Assembly: GCA_043228905.1 (NCBI GenBank) | Contig: JBHGNT010000016.1 | Location: 17,422,001 to 17,486,000 of the forward strand | Source: Azolla caroliniana | Taxonomy: Eukaryota; Plantae; Polypodiophyta | Direction of reading: 5' to 3' | Length of the DNA stretch: 64,000 bases | Shown here: positions 1 through 13,342 of the stretch, one piece after another | Position numbering within the stretch: the first letter of the stretch is position 1 | Layout of the letters: every line of letters begins with the position of its first letter | Program-made: the position numbers and the translations under genes | Notes under the pieces: generated by a model | The model's input: the letters and a program-made list of their open reading frames with translations, nothing else | What the model was told of the DNA's origin: nothing | The model's database searches: none

Positions 1-3000
1 GTGACAGTCCAATTAAGATAGCCACCGATCAAAGGTTCAATTGCTTATGAAAATCTTTGTTTTCACATATATTTCCATGCAATTCCTTTTGAACTGTAAA
101 CATTATAATAAAATCCAAAATTTAACTACTACATCATTTTGTCTCTTTTTTAGGTAGAGTAACACTTGGAGTCATTAACAAATAAGCATGAATAGAGACA
201 TAATATCTTTAGGAACACACCCTCGCTTGATGAAGATCACATTACAAGGGACCAAACTTTGATGCTCCTCGATCATCGTCCCATTCATAAGATTGTATGC
301 TTGAATGAATATCGTGTAGCAACAATAGTTCAAAGCTACTTGATGGATGCGACATACATAATCAAGCATTAGTTCCATGTTAGTGTTTGGAATGCAATAT
401 AATGCTTGTACACACCTTGTTATGTGTCCCATCAAATATAAAACTATATAAGCCAATGGGAACCTTGTCTTTGTAGCTCAGACATCATGTAAGACAGCCA
501 CAAATGATGGGATGAAAAGGTTTTGGTTTGCAAACCCAAGGTTGTGCTCAAGCAATAGATTTGGTGTTGTGTTGCATTATAAAACCTCTTCATAATTTTA
601 GTTGGAGGTCACACATACGAATGATTTTCTTTGGGAAAAATGTATTCGTGACATTGACCTTACCAGTTTTTTCACAAGACAAGTGGTGAAAACAATTATA
701 TTGCCCTTAAAAAAGTAAATCCTAATAAAGTTTTTTGCATATCCTTATGGTGAAATTTGTACATATCTGATAAACTAGTTTTGAGGTCGAGCTAACCCTG
801 GATCAAGTCCACCTTTTCCTCGATTGTAATTGTCATATTAGTTGTTTGTGTATTATAGACAAGTTGTGAATATGATGTCAAAATGTTTGGAAATTGTGAT
901 TCTTTTTATTCATTGGACTATTGCCCTAATGTTGTTCACACATAATTGATGCCCTGATTCAATAGATGGCATATTACTTCAATGTTGATAGAATAACTTA
1001 ATAGATTTATGAGCGTCTTTGATGTCTCCCTACCCAACACCTTTATATTATACCTTACACGCATATTATAAACACGTTAAACGCTGAGTGTAAGACAAAT
1101 GAATTCAATGTTTGCATATGATTAATTTTATTTGGACACTTATGTAAAATTCTCGGTGAAGAAAGGAAGTAAGACTCTTTAGATCATCATTAGAGGAAAT
1201 CAAGAGACAACACTTCTCTAAGATTTTATTTGTTGTTGATGTTGACTAATTTTTCACTAGCAAAAAGAGAAAGATGCCAATTTGAGCACTGCCCTTTACC
1301 TAGACAAAAAATGGATCTACTATCAACAAGAACTAGTTTTAATGGTTTGCTCATTTCCTTGATACTAATGCACCAAACCAATCGTTCTCCCTTGCCTATC
1401 AATGATTCCTTTGTGATTACTACTCACCTAACAAGATGGATTATATCCCTAATCAAAGCCGAGTGTTTACATTTAATTTTGGTTATATTTTTGCCTTTCT
1501 TGATTGTTTTTGTAAATTGGAAAAGCTGCGATGAGACAAACATCATCAAGTTATTCGATTCCAATTATCCAACCTTTAGAGAGTTCACTACGTTGTTGGC
1601 ACTTAGGACTATAATTCCGTCCACTACTATAGGCATAGATGCAATGAATCAGAATAATTGCCACAAAAAGTCAAGTAACGAATAATGTACAAACGTGGAT
1701 GAGTTTGTACATGACAATTCATGATATTAGTTTTCAAAACTCGTGCCAAGATATACATCCACATGATACGCGAGGCATAACCAATAAAAGCCTAGGATGC
1801 ACTATTATCAATGGAAGCTTATCAACACACAAAACATATTACTTGAATGTTTGAATGCATGTGGTTACGTTATGCATATTAGTACATGGTTGATGATGGA
1901 GCCTTCTATCATCACTCTTCCTCTGTTCTGTTATGTATAAAGCAATGGCAATCGACCCTCAATTTCAAAGCAAAATCTCAACTAACATAGTGATGTAACC
2001 GTGGAGTTTCAAAGTTTCCATCAAAGGAGATGACTTTTGCATATGAACAATAAAATTGTATGGCGACAGAAATAAGCTAAAGAGTTAATCAATGTTTTGT
2101 TTAAGAAGGTGGATATATCGAGTGATTTGGTGATTGATACATCTTAATTAGTTTATCCTCCCTAGGATATCTTTCGCATCACTGTTAGAAATGAAGCTAC
2201 ATGAGACCTTGAAATTATAATTTTAGTAGATGAAACAAATTTAATGTCGATATTCACGTCAACATAGAATAGTATTGTGCTCTTTGTGATCAACAATGGA
2301 AACTACATTCACAATGCAATTTCATTGCACATTCTTGTGTAATCTAGAGTAAAAGGTAACCAACCTCATGGATTTGAAGGTTTTACTAAATATAAAACTC
2401 TCCAAGCATAGAGTTGTTGCCTAATATTTCAAAATCTCTATGTATCCTTTAGCTTGTTTTTAGTGAATGTGACTTGTTATTCCTTATTTTTGTAAAGTTT
2501 TGCGAATCTTTCAAAAATTTGGCCATAGAAGTAGCCAAAAGTTCTTTGTCAAGAGCGAGAAACTCATCCACAAATGTCAGCTTGTACTAGCTTTTTGCTG
2601 TATGTCACAAAAGGTGGTGATGTCGTAATTGTGGTGGAAGGATTCCAGTCCAACTCTCCAATTCCTTGAGGGCTTAGTAGTTAGTCATATAGTTATGTTG
2701 TTTGAAGGCAATGTACCACAAATAAAAAATAATGTACATAAATGATGACAAAGTTCTACTTTACTATTCATCTTGTAGTTTTGTGCACCTCCAAGTTCAA
2801 TATGATTTGAGAAAGAAAGCTGAATCAATATGTATTGATGATTTCATAAATTACATTTTATGGATGGAGGGCTATAGGTAGCAAATTTGCAAACAGACAA
2901 GGTACATTCGATGAAATATCGTGGTAATGCATAAGAGGAAAAGTACATGCATTGAATACACGGTACAACCCATCCATATATCACACGACATTTATGGTAA

Positions 3001-4585
3001 GTGGCTGTGTTTTTATCTCTTTATTACATATGTTCCATGTAGCTTTTTACCACCATCCATTCAAATCCAATGTATAAAGGATAGAACGCTATTTGATCCC
3101 TAATTTCAAGCCATAGACTCATAGAAAAGAGATCTTGTAGAGTTGCACATGCATGGGCCATCTAGAAGTCATGTCCTCACACTTGTCTTGACTTATTCAT
3201 GGCTCTATTTGGGGTTTCACAAGTTGTCAACAAAAGAATAAAACTTTTGTTTGTTAATGTGAAATGATGCATATGCTAGTACCTAGTCAAATAATTGCTC
3301 GTGTTTAGATGTCATAGCTTTTGTTGTGTACAAGAATTATCTTAAGCTACATCAATTAGAGATTGACATATACATCTATATTATGAATGAAGAATAACTT
3401 GTCCAAAATTAAGCCATATATGATAGTTTCTCAGACATTGCACTCAGTACGATTGGAAATGTCCAATGCACCTACTTTCCTATGTTGTCAGCATTCAACT
3501 TACTTTTCCATACACAATAACCTTACATGTCTCAAATGTTAACATCCTTTCTCCAAGGTCTTATATAGACAACTTTACCTTATATCCTCCCCCTTAAGTA
3601 TACAAATCATGGGTTTTATCCTTCGTCAAAAACCTGTAACAAATTAGTTAATTTTCTTTGTTGTTTCTTAAAGGTCTAAATATTTTTGGAGCATGTATTA
3701 GTTTACATCCTTTATATATAATATTAACCCTTATGTTAAAACACTTTAATTCTGGTTGCTACTCAATTGCGCATATCTTTACATTTTTTTCTCTCCAAAA
3801 AAACACTAGTTCACATTAGTTAGCAAACGAAGTACATCAAAGTTCAACCATATTCAACAAAACTCACACTTCTCCACACAAAACTAATCATAATCCCCAC
3901 CCCGTCATTTACAACAAAAGTATCCCACCGACTCTTTTTACATGGTAACTTGTACTGCATCTATACATATTTACATCTCGGTGCTTGGTATATCTTTACA
4001 TTAATTTGTATTAAATTCAAGGCCTATAACCAATTACAATTTGCATGTAGCCTATAACAAGAGCGGATAACCCCACTACCCTAGATGAGTTTCTTTTCAT
4101 AGTTGAGATATGGTGCAAATTTTGACCAACCATCCAATATATATCCATCCCTATCCATGGGGCCCTACAAAACTAAAGATGCTCATACATAACATACATT
4201 GAACCTTACTTTGCGCTAGTCCACATGGCTAAATATTGGCCCTAAACTTACTAATATCCTTGTATAATAACCTTTGTCCAATAGATATTATTCAACCATA
4301 CACAACCTCATACATAAGGGTTACCAAATTAGTGTTGTCCTTACACTACTCTCCCCATGGAAAGAATTTTCATCCTTGAGAACATATGTGAGAAATATCA
4401 ATGTAGAATGAAAATCCTTTCCTAAAAAGTAGGAAATTAGAAAATGATAAAAGACAAATCTCACAATGAGCAACATCCTTTCTGAAGTTGGTCAATCGCC
4501 TATATGAGTAACTTCCTCTCCCTAAGTAGAGCCACACACTAGGTTTATGACGTCATGCCCTTAGTTCACTTACGACACACACAAT

Positions 4586-4638
4586 TACATATCACATATC
4601 ACATATCACATATCACATATCACATATCACATATCACA
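4586..4638. repeat. (CACATAT)n heptamer microsatellite
   Basis: About 7 tandem ATCACAT units read directly from the sequence. Confidence 0.9.
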
Positions 4639-5199
4639 AGTACATGCAAGCACCCATAATTTCATGACCATTCATAATGCTAAATAGAAGATGCATGTTA
4701 GATTGTTGTTTTTTCAACAATTGACATTTCATGCGACCAATTAATTAAGTAGAATCAACAACATTAGATCTCCATAGGTCTCAAAGTGATGTGTATGTTT
4801 TTTTATTCTAATTAGCAAATTTTAACTTCATCACACATCACAAATTTTCAAACAAACCAAGTTACATATTTGGTGAATAATATGCACACTAAAAGTATCC
4901 GCTTTTGGATAGTGTTCAAGGACTTCAACTTGCTGTATCCAGGTTGTGGACTACATTTTGTATTGAGTCAACACTTCATCTACTTATGATACTTAATGTT
5001 ACTCTACTATCATAAGCAAAGCGACTCATGATGATTCCACACTTCCTCTACTAGAAATAATTCATCTTGATTCTAAAGAATTCCCAAAGCTTTCCCTAGT
5101 CAAATCTATAAAGTTATACCTATCACAATCGTATACATGGTACGGTGTTCACTTTCTGCCTATACATGTTTGCACATCCATTGTTGTGATGTAGGGTGT

Positions 5200-5790
5200 T
5201 CACGAGGGGAATCAGATTTGAGATGTATGAAAGGTTGAAGGATAGTGCAAAAGTATGGCAAGAAGGATAGAGATATGATGAGATTCAACACAACAAAAAG
5301 ATTAGCTGAATCGTACACATATACACATATACGCACTTAGAACACATATACACATTTCAAAGGGGAAAATGTCTCAAATTTATGGAATAAATACAACGAT
5401 GTGATGCTTCAAGGTGTGAGAGAGTCAAGAAAACTAAAGTTCTTTAGTAGAGTGGCATCCTCGATTTTACATAAAGAGATCATTAAGCTTCAACAAGCCC
5501 ATACATCATGGAATTCCTTTCAAATGGCATTTCTAAAAGAGTTCCGATACAAAGACATGCCAAGAGCAAGTTACTATGAGTTTGACAAATGGGTCACATT
5601 GAAGAAATGAAACAAGAGTGCTTTGGTGTGAGACCAAAGAGTTTGACAACCATAAGAGCGAGATCAAAGATATGTGGGGTGAATAAAGTGTGAATATTGT
5701 TCTTGAAATCTGTTGACCTTAACGAAAGGATGAGACTCAATATTCAATTAGAAGATAATGATGGTGCCAATAGACTAATTGAGAATTGGT
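5200..5790 (+). pseudogene. Decayed Ty3/Gypsy gag, 5' part (host of the Sola insertion)
   Basis: Translates to FKGENVSNLWNKYNDVMLQGVRESRKLKFFSRVASSILHKEIIKLQQAHTSWNSFQMAFLKEF...FLKSVDLNERMRLNIQLEDNDGANRLIENW. This is colinear with the gag ORFs at 44813-45520 (FNGKDVSRYLQDYKAEML...FLQAVDVRERKDL...GLTKTW) and 24549-25435. Confidence 0.8.
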
Positions 5791-5825
5791 AACCCGTTCG
5801 CGTTTACAAGTGGAAGATCGCGCAT
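5791..5825 (+). repeat. Left terminal inverted repeat of the Sola-type element
   Basis: Pairs with 56149-56184; preceded by TSD TGGT (5787-5790). Confidence 0.9.
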
Positions 5826-6175
5826 AAATGGAAGGATAAGGAATATTCCGTTTGATTTTAGTACTTTTTCAGTGATAATACAAAACACATTGATACCAGT
5901 ATCATACATTCTCAAATATACTATGAAAAAGGTTAAAAATCCACCATTTTCCTGATTTAAAAATAAATAAAAAAGTGAAATTTCAAAAAGTTAGATTCTC
6001 AATTTACATCATGAACTTTACAACCAATGTTTTTTTATAAGAAACGATAGTCATAGGAATTGAAAGAATTCAAAACACATGCTTTTATAATACTTGATTT
6101 GTTACAAGTGGAAGGTAGTTACTTTTAATAGCCAAAAATACATTCATGATCACTCCTTTATGGAGAATCACTACT

Positions 6176-8541
6176 TTAACTAATATACAATGAGGATTCC
6201 TCCTCGTCATCCTTGAATGTACCAATCAATGCATTATCTTCATCATAAATCAAATGATGTGACTCTAGATTATGTGTAGCAGATCTCGTTTGCCTTCGAC
6301 TCAAGCCACCTTGTAGACCTGGTAATTTTTCTTTTATTATATCTATTGTCGACTTCCTTAAACGTCTAGCTTTTGTAAGTGTGAAGTCGTACATGATGAT
6401 ATCCACATCAGAGATATCAAGGGTCGAGGTGTTACGAATGTTTCACTTCCTCTTCCTACTTCCCCTTCTCGTTGGGCATTCTATCATCTCCAATGTATAC
6501 TTACCCATAAAAGCATTTTCACTTCTAGTGTTGTACCAATGCACTTTTATAGACTTGATTGTGTTTTCTATTTTATGCATTAACACTTTTAGAATTTTAC
6601 CAATCCAAAATTGGTGGCCTTGTTCGTTGTCATCAACAAGTGTTGCAATCAACATCCCCGTCACGAGCTCTTGAAAATTTCCTTGCCATCTAGCTTTAGT
6701 TGCTTTGGTCATCCTTGGTCCCACATAAATGTCTCTTTGTTGTGGATGGACCAAACTGTCATTAATCGAATTAGTTGCTTGCTCCAGAGATTTATTTACA
6801 CGATCATGTTGTAGTGACTATGTGAATGGCATTTCCAAAGTCCAATTATCACCAGATACACAATTGTCAATAATTCCTTTCTGATCACTATAAAACACAT
6901 CCCACCATTACGTGTCTTGTTGTGCGGCATATTTCTTTGTGGCCTCAATATGCTTCCTTTTTTCTGTTAAGGCGTGGAGCCACAAGTGTTTTTGATCTTC
7001 TACCAAGTCACTATGCAATTGTCCTTTCGTCTCAATTGGCATTTGTTTAGCTCCATAGATTATTGTACTCGGCATACAAAGTAAGAACTGGCAACTGCCT
7101 TTAGGTTCCCGTTTTGTAGAAGATGAATATTTCTTGGCATACAAAAGCATAGAACCACTTATATCATTTTTCTTTATCAAAGAAATGTGATTGAAGCTTA
7201 TATTGTTTAACTGCACGAGCACGTTAACATTCCCAACACCCCCATCTGATATATATCTCTTAAAGTCATATACCTCCTTCAAGTGTAACACTTTTGGACG
7301 TGGTGTATATGCATCACAAATGACATCAAATAGTTTCGGTAATGTGAAAACATCATGCCGAGACAACTGTTTGGAGAATGTGCTAAACATCTGATCTATA
7401 TGATCATGTGTGTGGCCAACCAAAAGAAAATTGACTTTCACTTTTCTAAACAATCCTTGGTTGACCAACATACTTAGATAGCCAAACACAATTGAATTTT
7501 TGTTCTCTCTAGTAGTATTGTCCAATTGAATGTAGAGAACAGGGGGGAACGATTGGCTCCAAGACATCAAAACTTGGTGAATCACTAGAACTGTTAGGTT
7601 AGGGTCATTGTGAACATTGGGGTATGTAATGAAGACGTGAGGTCTAACTGACCTATTATAAGCCAAGCATCCCACCAAGTGCATTTGAACAAGGCACTCA
7701 TCATTGATGTCTTTGGGGAGCCTCCGCATATGAGGTAAAAACGTCTTTAGTGGGCATCTTGCCTGTAGTGGGCATTGCTTCCCAATTTAACTTGAAGTAA
7801 ATTTTCATCCAACCAATAGCATGTCTTCCAATTGCACCTTTCATACTTGGAACCTCTTTACAATTGACAATGTGATCCCCACTAAGAATACATTGTTGTA
7901 CTCTGTGTAGCCGCATGCTACTAACACAAGGCGCAATTTTGAACACCAGTCTACATATTTGTTGCGCATGGAAGATATAATACTCGAATGATACTTTGAT
8001 CCCCGAGGAGTTGTCAGACACCATTTGCATATGTGAGCCGAGCTAAGTGTCTTGCTTATCACTAGTCATCGAAAAATAGTAACGCCTTAATTCTTGCAAC
8101 TTTGTTTTGTCAAACATTGACATACAACCACGAGCACAACATGTTTTGTTGACATCAAATCCAAGTTGCTTATCTGATGTCACCAAGTTAAATCTTGCCA
8201 AACGAATTCTATGTGGGATTCTTCTAATATGCATAGGACTTCCCGATTTCTTTTCTTCAATAGAAATAGGGTAACCACATTAGAGTCAATTATGTTGTTT
8301 TTCGGTTGACCCCCCATGATCTTCGATGTTTCATTGGCATTACCCTCATTGTCTGTATCTTTATTGACGTCATATTCTTCTAGAGAGAACTCTTCACATG
8401 AGGTATAGGAGAAGATGAGCTCAAACAATATTCTTCGACAGAAAATGAAGTATCGGTCGACAAACAATACTCTTCAACCGAAAACGATGAGTCTGTTGAC
8501 AAACAATACTCTTCAATTGAAAAGGGTGAGTTTTCACTCAT
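6176..8541 (-). pseudogene. Sola-superfamily transposase, frameshifted, with stops and a probable internal deletion
   Basis: Contains LYIQLDNTTRENKN and NFLLVGHTHDHIDQMFS (DN..ENKN and GHT..D catalytic-region signatures). N-terminal CC..GCM..F...LRRYYF and ICRLVFK motifs are present. Spans ORFs 8180-8467, 8043-8234, 7701-8030, 6908-7729, 6443-6754 and 6176-6406. The region expected to hold the first catalytic Asp seems deleted near 7740. Confidence 0.85.
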
Positions 8542-9429
8542 GGCTTAAGATCCAAACACATCTCTCAAAATTATGTGCTTAAGCTATTATAAGAGATTGA
8601 AATAAATGATAAGTGCCTCTATATACCTAAACTCCCTCAATCTAATGCCCTAACAAATTTATTATTATATAAAATAAACAAATAATCCAATAAAGAAAGA
8701 TATTATTATTATATAAAATATAATTTATTCATATAGTCTATATTCAAAATGTATTATTATATACATAAAATTATGATATACACACTAGTCAATCTCATAT
8801 ACGTAAAATTTATTTTATACAATATTATTCATATAGTCTATAATCAAAATATATTTTATTGTATATATATAGTCTATATTCAAAATCATTACAGAGTCAT
8901 AAATATGTAAGTGTAATCTAAATACGTAAGTGTATACTATATATTCATAATCATTTGAGAGTCATAAATATGTAAGTTTCATCTCAATCATTGGTTCATT
9001 AATGAAGATCATAATCATTTAAAAGAACCATTCCTCACATGTGAATAGAATTCCTAATCCCCATGTGGGAAAGGGGGAAGTATATTAAAATTTTCCTTTA
9101 TTTAATTCACTTTAATCATTAGTTCATAATCATTTATTGGTGTTTATAATCCAACTATTATGAAACAATACAATCTATAATGTACAATCATTGGTGACCT
9201 AGATTCCGTGCCATAAATACTACTAGGACACAACTATTACCACCAATAATGGCTAAGCGCATACGTACCTGTAACTATAACTATAAATACCATAGAGTAC
9301 CTAACTGACTAAAATTTAAGTAATCTATAACTCACATGCAATACCTACCTCAGGATCCAACTTTGTACTAACCAAAGGGTACTGACAACTAACTAACATA
9401 GGGGAACTAAGTTGGATGTAACCCTACTA

Positions 9430-9480
9430 TGGTTAAAGTAACTATAGTTACTTTAACCACGGTTTTAAAGCCCTATAAAT
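9430..9480 (+). promoter_or_regulatory. Perfect 30-bp palindrome and TATA box upstream of the cargo gene
   Basis: TGGTTAAAGTAACTATAGTTACTTTAACCA (9430-9459) is self-complementary. CTATAAAT at 9473-9480 lies about 135 bp upstream of ATG 9614. Confidence 0.6.
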
Positions 9481-9613
9481 AGGAGAACCTCCTCATTTTC
9501 CGGATCTCACATGCGCAATCGAGACTCAGAGCACTCAGAGCCCAAGAGCCCACGGAGAATCACCAACGCAGGAGCACGCGACCAACTCCCTGTCACAACC
9601 AAACCCAAAAATC

Positions 9614-11990
9614 ATGTCGTCAAAGAAGATTGAGCGCACAGACTCTAGGTAAGATACTAACTGTACTTCTAATTTCAATCCTTTCTAACCATTAAGCAAC
9701 ATTCACAAGTCCTAATTCATACAAGAACTCGATATGACGTATCGAGGTTCTATTTAAAAGCCTCTCTTTTAAATAGGAACTCGATACGCCGTATTGAGTT
9801 CCAATTCACAAAAGGACTTTAAACACAAATTCGATACAGCGTATCGAGTTTGTGTTGACCTTTTAAAAACCAACTCGATACGAAGTATCAAGTTCCTGTC
9901 TAAATAAGAAAATTTCCAACCATATCCTTATCGAGACACAAATTTATATGGCAAATAGAGACATTTTAACAGAATTAGCTGAATTTTGAAACAATTAGGA
10001 CCATTAAACAATTAGGGAATATGACATTAAGTCTCATAAAATACGTGTAAATACCCAATAATTAAGACTTATTACATAAAAAATAACCATATCTTTGTAC
10101 ATTTAAGATACAGTACGTTCACTAGAGCTAGAAAAATTCTCAAAAAACCTAATTTTATCGGAGAATAGTCTAAGAGACATTTAAATATACAATTGAGGTC
10201 CATTAGTTCCACCTCAAGCAAAACCCTTCAATGAAGGGAATGAAACAAAATGCTATCTAGTATTAGTAATTGTCTAGTTACGTTAAATTTGATTGCAGGC
10301 TAAACCTCAGGACCCAACTGACATATATTTTCCCCCTTCCTCTCTTAAATAGGTCTTTTGAGAACCTCGCGGACCGTCCTGTTAAGAAAATTAAGCTAAA
10401 ATATCAAGGGTCACCGGTGGAGAACCTGAAACAACCAGTTCCACATAACGTGAACAAGGGAAAGAGGCTTCTTTTTCACAAGGATAATGGGGAACAACTG
10501 TTTGATGAAGTTAGTCAAAAGAAGATGGTTGCAACAACTCGTGGGGAGGAGCTTCTTGATCGTGATTTGATGGACAATGACTAGTGCATGTAGTATGTCG
10601 ACTTGAAAAAGAAGGTTGTGTTGTATATTGCCAAAAAGAAGGGGGACAATCAACTTGATAAAGAGAGACCCTTTATGTATGGCCGTATCTTAGGCCTTGA
10701 CTAGGAAGAACATGATTCCCTCAATCTTATTGTAATGGTGGACTGTCAAAGGGAGTCCATAAAATGTTCCTCGCTGAAGATCGGCTTGTTACGGATTCTT
10801 GTGGCTCCGAAGCTTTTAAACTTGCCATCGAGACTTCACAAAATCTGATAATAACATTAAGACCATATAACAAGGACACGTAACTCTAAGGGATGTCTCA
10901 CCATCCCTGGTAAAGGCCCCGAAAAAGGTCTTAAAAGTGCAATCGAGACCGGCAAAGAAAAAGATGACAAAGATGTCAAATTCCGAATCGTCAAGCTCAA
11001 GTGATGATGAGGAAACAAGGGCAACGGCAGGTGTTGAGTTAGCATCTGGTGTTTTGTCTTCAGAGAAAAATAAGATTCGAAGAGAGTTAATGCAAAAGAA
11101 ACTGGTCAGAAGAGGTGAAGTTTTCAATTTGCCTATAACAAACATTCATAGGCCACCAGTAGATATTAATACAGGACGAAGACCACTTGAGATTAGAGAG
11201 CCACTTTGAATGCATGTTCAAAATCTCAAGAAGAAAATGAAAATAAATCCACATGCAACAATTGTACCCTTTATCGTAATGGTGGATACTGACGAGTGTT
11301 CCACAATTGAGGGTTTTGATGAGAAAGCACAACCAATACAATTACTTTGTAATTGGTGGATCACATTCGACTGAAGCACGACGACAACTTGTAAGTGAGT
11401 AGCCAACCACTTTCTTCTTCAAGTATGCCGAGTGTAAAATATACGTGGGCCTCACAACTGAAGAGGCAAAACTCTTGGCATGGGACCACAACAATGATAA
11501 TGACCAGCGACAGAAAATGTCATCCCTTGAGCGGATAAGGCTCTTCCACCATGAGTACTAAACAAAAGTTCGGTGTAAGGCTACACCTCGGCCTACGATA
11601 TCAATGTCTTCATGAGGTCGGTATTGTTGTTGACGATAATGTTAAGTCAGATGGTCTTCGCATTGCAATTATTCCTTATGGATTTCGAATGAATGGATCA
11701 TCATATGACGATAAACCTTTTGAGGTTCAAACAATTAGAAAAAATGGTTAAGGATTTTGCTGAGCTGATGATTGCATCCTTGTGGAGGATAGTTGTGTTT
11801 CATAGTATGGACCAAAGGTACTCGGTAGCTCAAGCATTGAGATCTCGTTGCCATAGCATCGAGAACCTTGGTTGGTAAGGATTATTTATAAGTCTCACAT
11901 GCCATACTTTCGTTCCCAATTTATTGAATCTATTCTTAACACACCCAATGTTTGTTATAGGATAAAAACCAATGTCAATAGAGGACCAAC
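9614..11990 (+). pseudogene. Cargo gene 5' half: ParB/Srx-like domain plus N-terminal (catalytic motif IV) half of a beta-class amino-DNA methyltransferase
   Basis: Exon 1 9614-9648 (MSSKKIERTDS); GT-AG intron 9649-10352; exon 2 10353-11874; GT-AG intron 11875-11960; exon 3a 11961-11990. Both splices keep frame. Encodes IREPL*MHVQNLKKKMKINPHATIVPFIVMVD..YFVIGGSHSTEARRQL..ECKIYVGLTTEEAKLLAWDHN, then IAIIPYG (degenerate D/N-[IP]-P-Y) and ENLGW|IKTN. Several stops and frameshifts. Confidence 0.75.
9725..9894. repeat. Four regularly spaced palindromes, consensus AACTCGATAC-N3-GTATCGAGTT, in intron 1 of the cargo gene
   Basis: Copies at about 9725-9750, 9776-9802, 9821-9856 and 9872-9894, spaced about 45-52 bp. 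Confidence 0.85.
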
Positions 11991-13018
11991 TGTTAAGCGC
12001 TTTGATTGCACCACAACCACTCATGAATAAGAGTGCATCAACAAGGATGTAGTATGTGTTGAAGGACCTACGAAGAGGAAACGACAAGAGGAAAAGAGGT
12101 TAAGGGACATCCAAGTGTGAAAGGTCCATACCCTAAACGTGAATGCTATATAAACCACATAGTAGTGGCTTTGTAAGGGTTCTTCCATTGGTAAAGATCT
12201 CCCTATTGATTAAGAGCTAGAGCTTCCTCTCCTCCTTCTTGTAACCTTTAAGCTTAAGAGAGATTAGTGAAGTGTTTAGTTAGAGATTCCTTGTTGGTGC
12301 TAGACCTCTTAGCAAAGAGGGTTAATAAACATATTCATTACTCTTATTGTCTATATTCATTACCCTATTGTCTATGAGAGCGAGCTTGAGAGAGTGAGAG
12401 AGATATCGTGCTTAATCATCTATTAATCGTTAAGTGAGTGTGACGCTCGGAGGTGTTCGACAACCATCTTCGCTCGATTCGCCATCAAAAGCGTATACGC
12501 CGGTTCGAACTCCGCAAACGACATCGAGGAGTTAATTGAAAGGAATACGGTTTCCTACGCTATGCTCGGACACAACCGAGATGTCGGATCAAGCACAGAA
12601 AACCGGGATCTGGTGAGATGTATCTACACACGAAATAGTAAAGAAGAGAGTGCACAAGATGTTAATGCGGAAAACCCAAATATGGGAAAAACCACGACAG
12701 CCCACAAACTGCAAAATATCACTATATCAAGATTACAACAATGGGGCACAGAGGCAACGACCTCTTGCTCCCTCGCTTCGCCACCAGGCAGTTACAACAG
12801 AGGCAACAACCTCTTCCTCTCTCTCTCTCTCTTCTCTGTACGCAATTACGCTCTGAATTATCGCCACAACGATAATAATAAAACCAACTCTACATCATTC
12901 ACTATTAAGTTTGCCCTAGGTCATATTTATACTAATATGACTTTTGGGCTATTTACAAATATAGCCCCAGTGGGCTCTCTGGAACATATTTACATATATG
13001 TCCCTTCCATCCGATGAG

Positions 13019-13250
13019 AGGTTCTCACCGGGCCTGCAACATCCGGTTCTCACGGGGTCTTCCTTGCCGGGTACTCGTCATCTGGTTCTCACTGGGTCTT
13101 CCGTTGTCGGGTACTCGTCATCCGGTTCTCATCAGGTCTTCCGTTGCCGGGTACTCCACATCCGGTTCTTACCGGGTCTTCCGTTGCCGGGTACTCGTCA
13201 TCCGGTTCTCACCGGGTCTTCCGTTACCAGGTACTCCACATCCGGTTTCG
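13019..13250. repeat. ~39-bp tandem array (CATCCGGTTCTCACCGGGTCTTCCGTTGCCGGGTACTCGT) in the Copia U3; also at about 18093-18310
   Basis: 5-6 units seen directly in both LTRs. Confidence 0.9.
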
Positions 13251-13342
13251 GCGGAGGCCGATACTCATCGGCCGAGTTGCTCATCAACATTGTTCTTCTC
13301 ACTTCCCATCCGGAGGGACCTGTTTCCTAACAAACTCCCCCT

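Noticed and set aside
150-3200. Giant-virus (NCLDV) relic
   Set aside because: Such relics are reported in moss, but I recognised no viral hallmark motif here; left unassigned.
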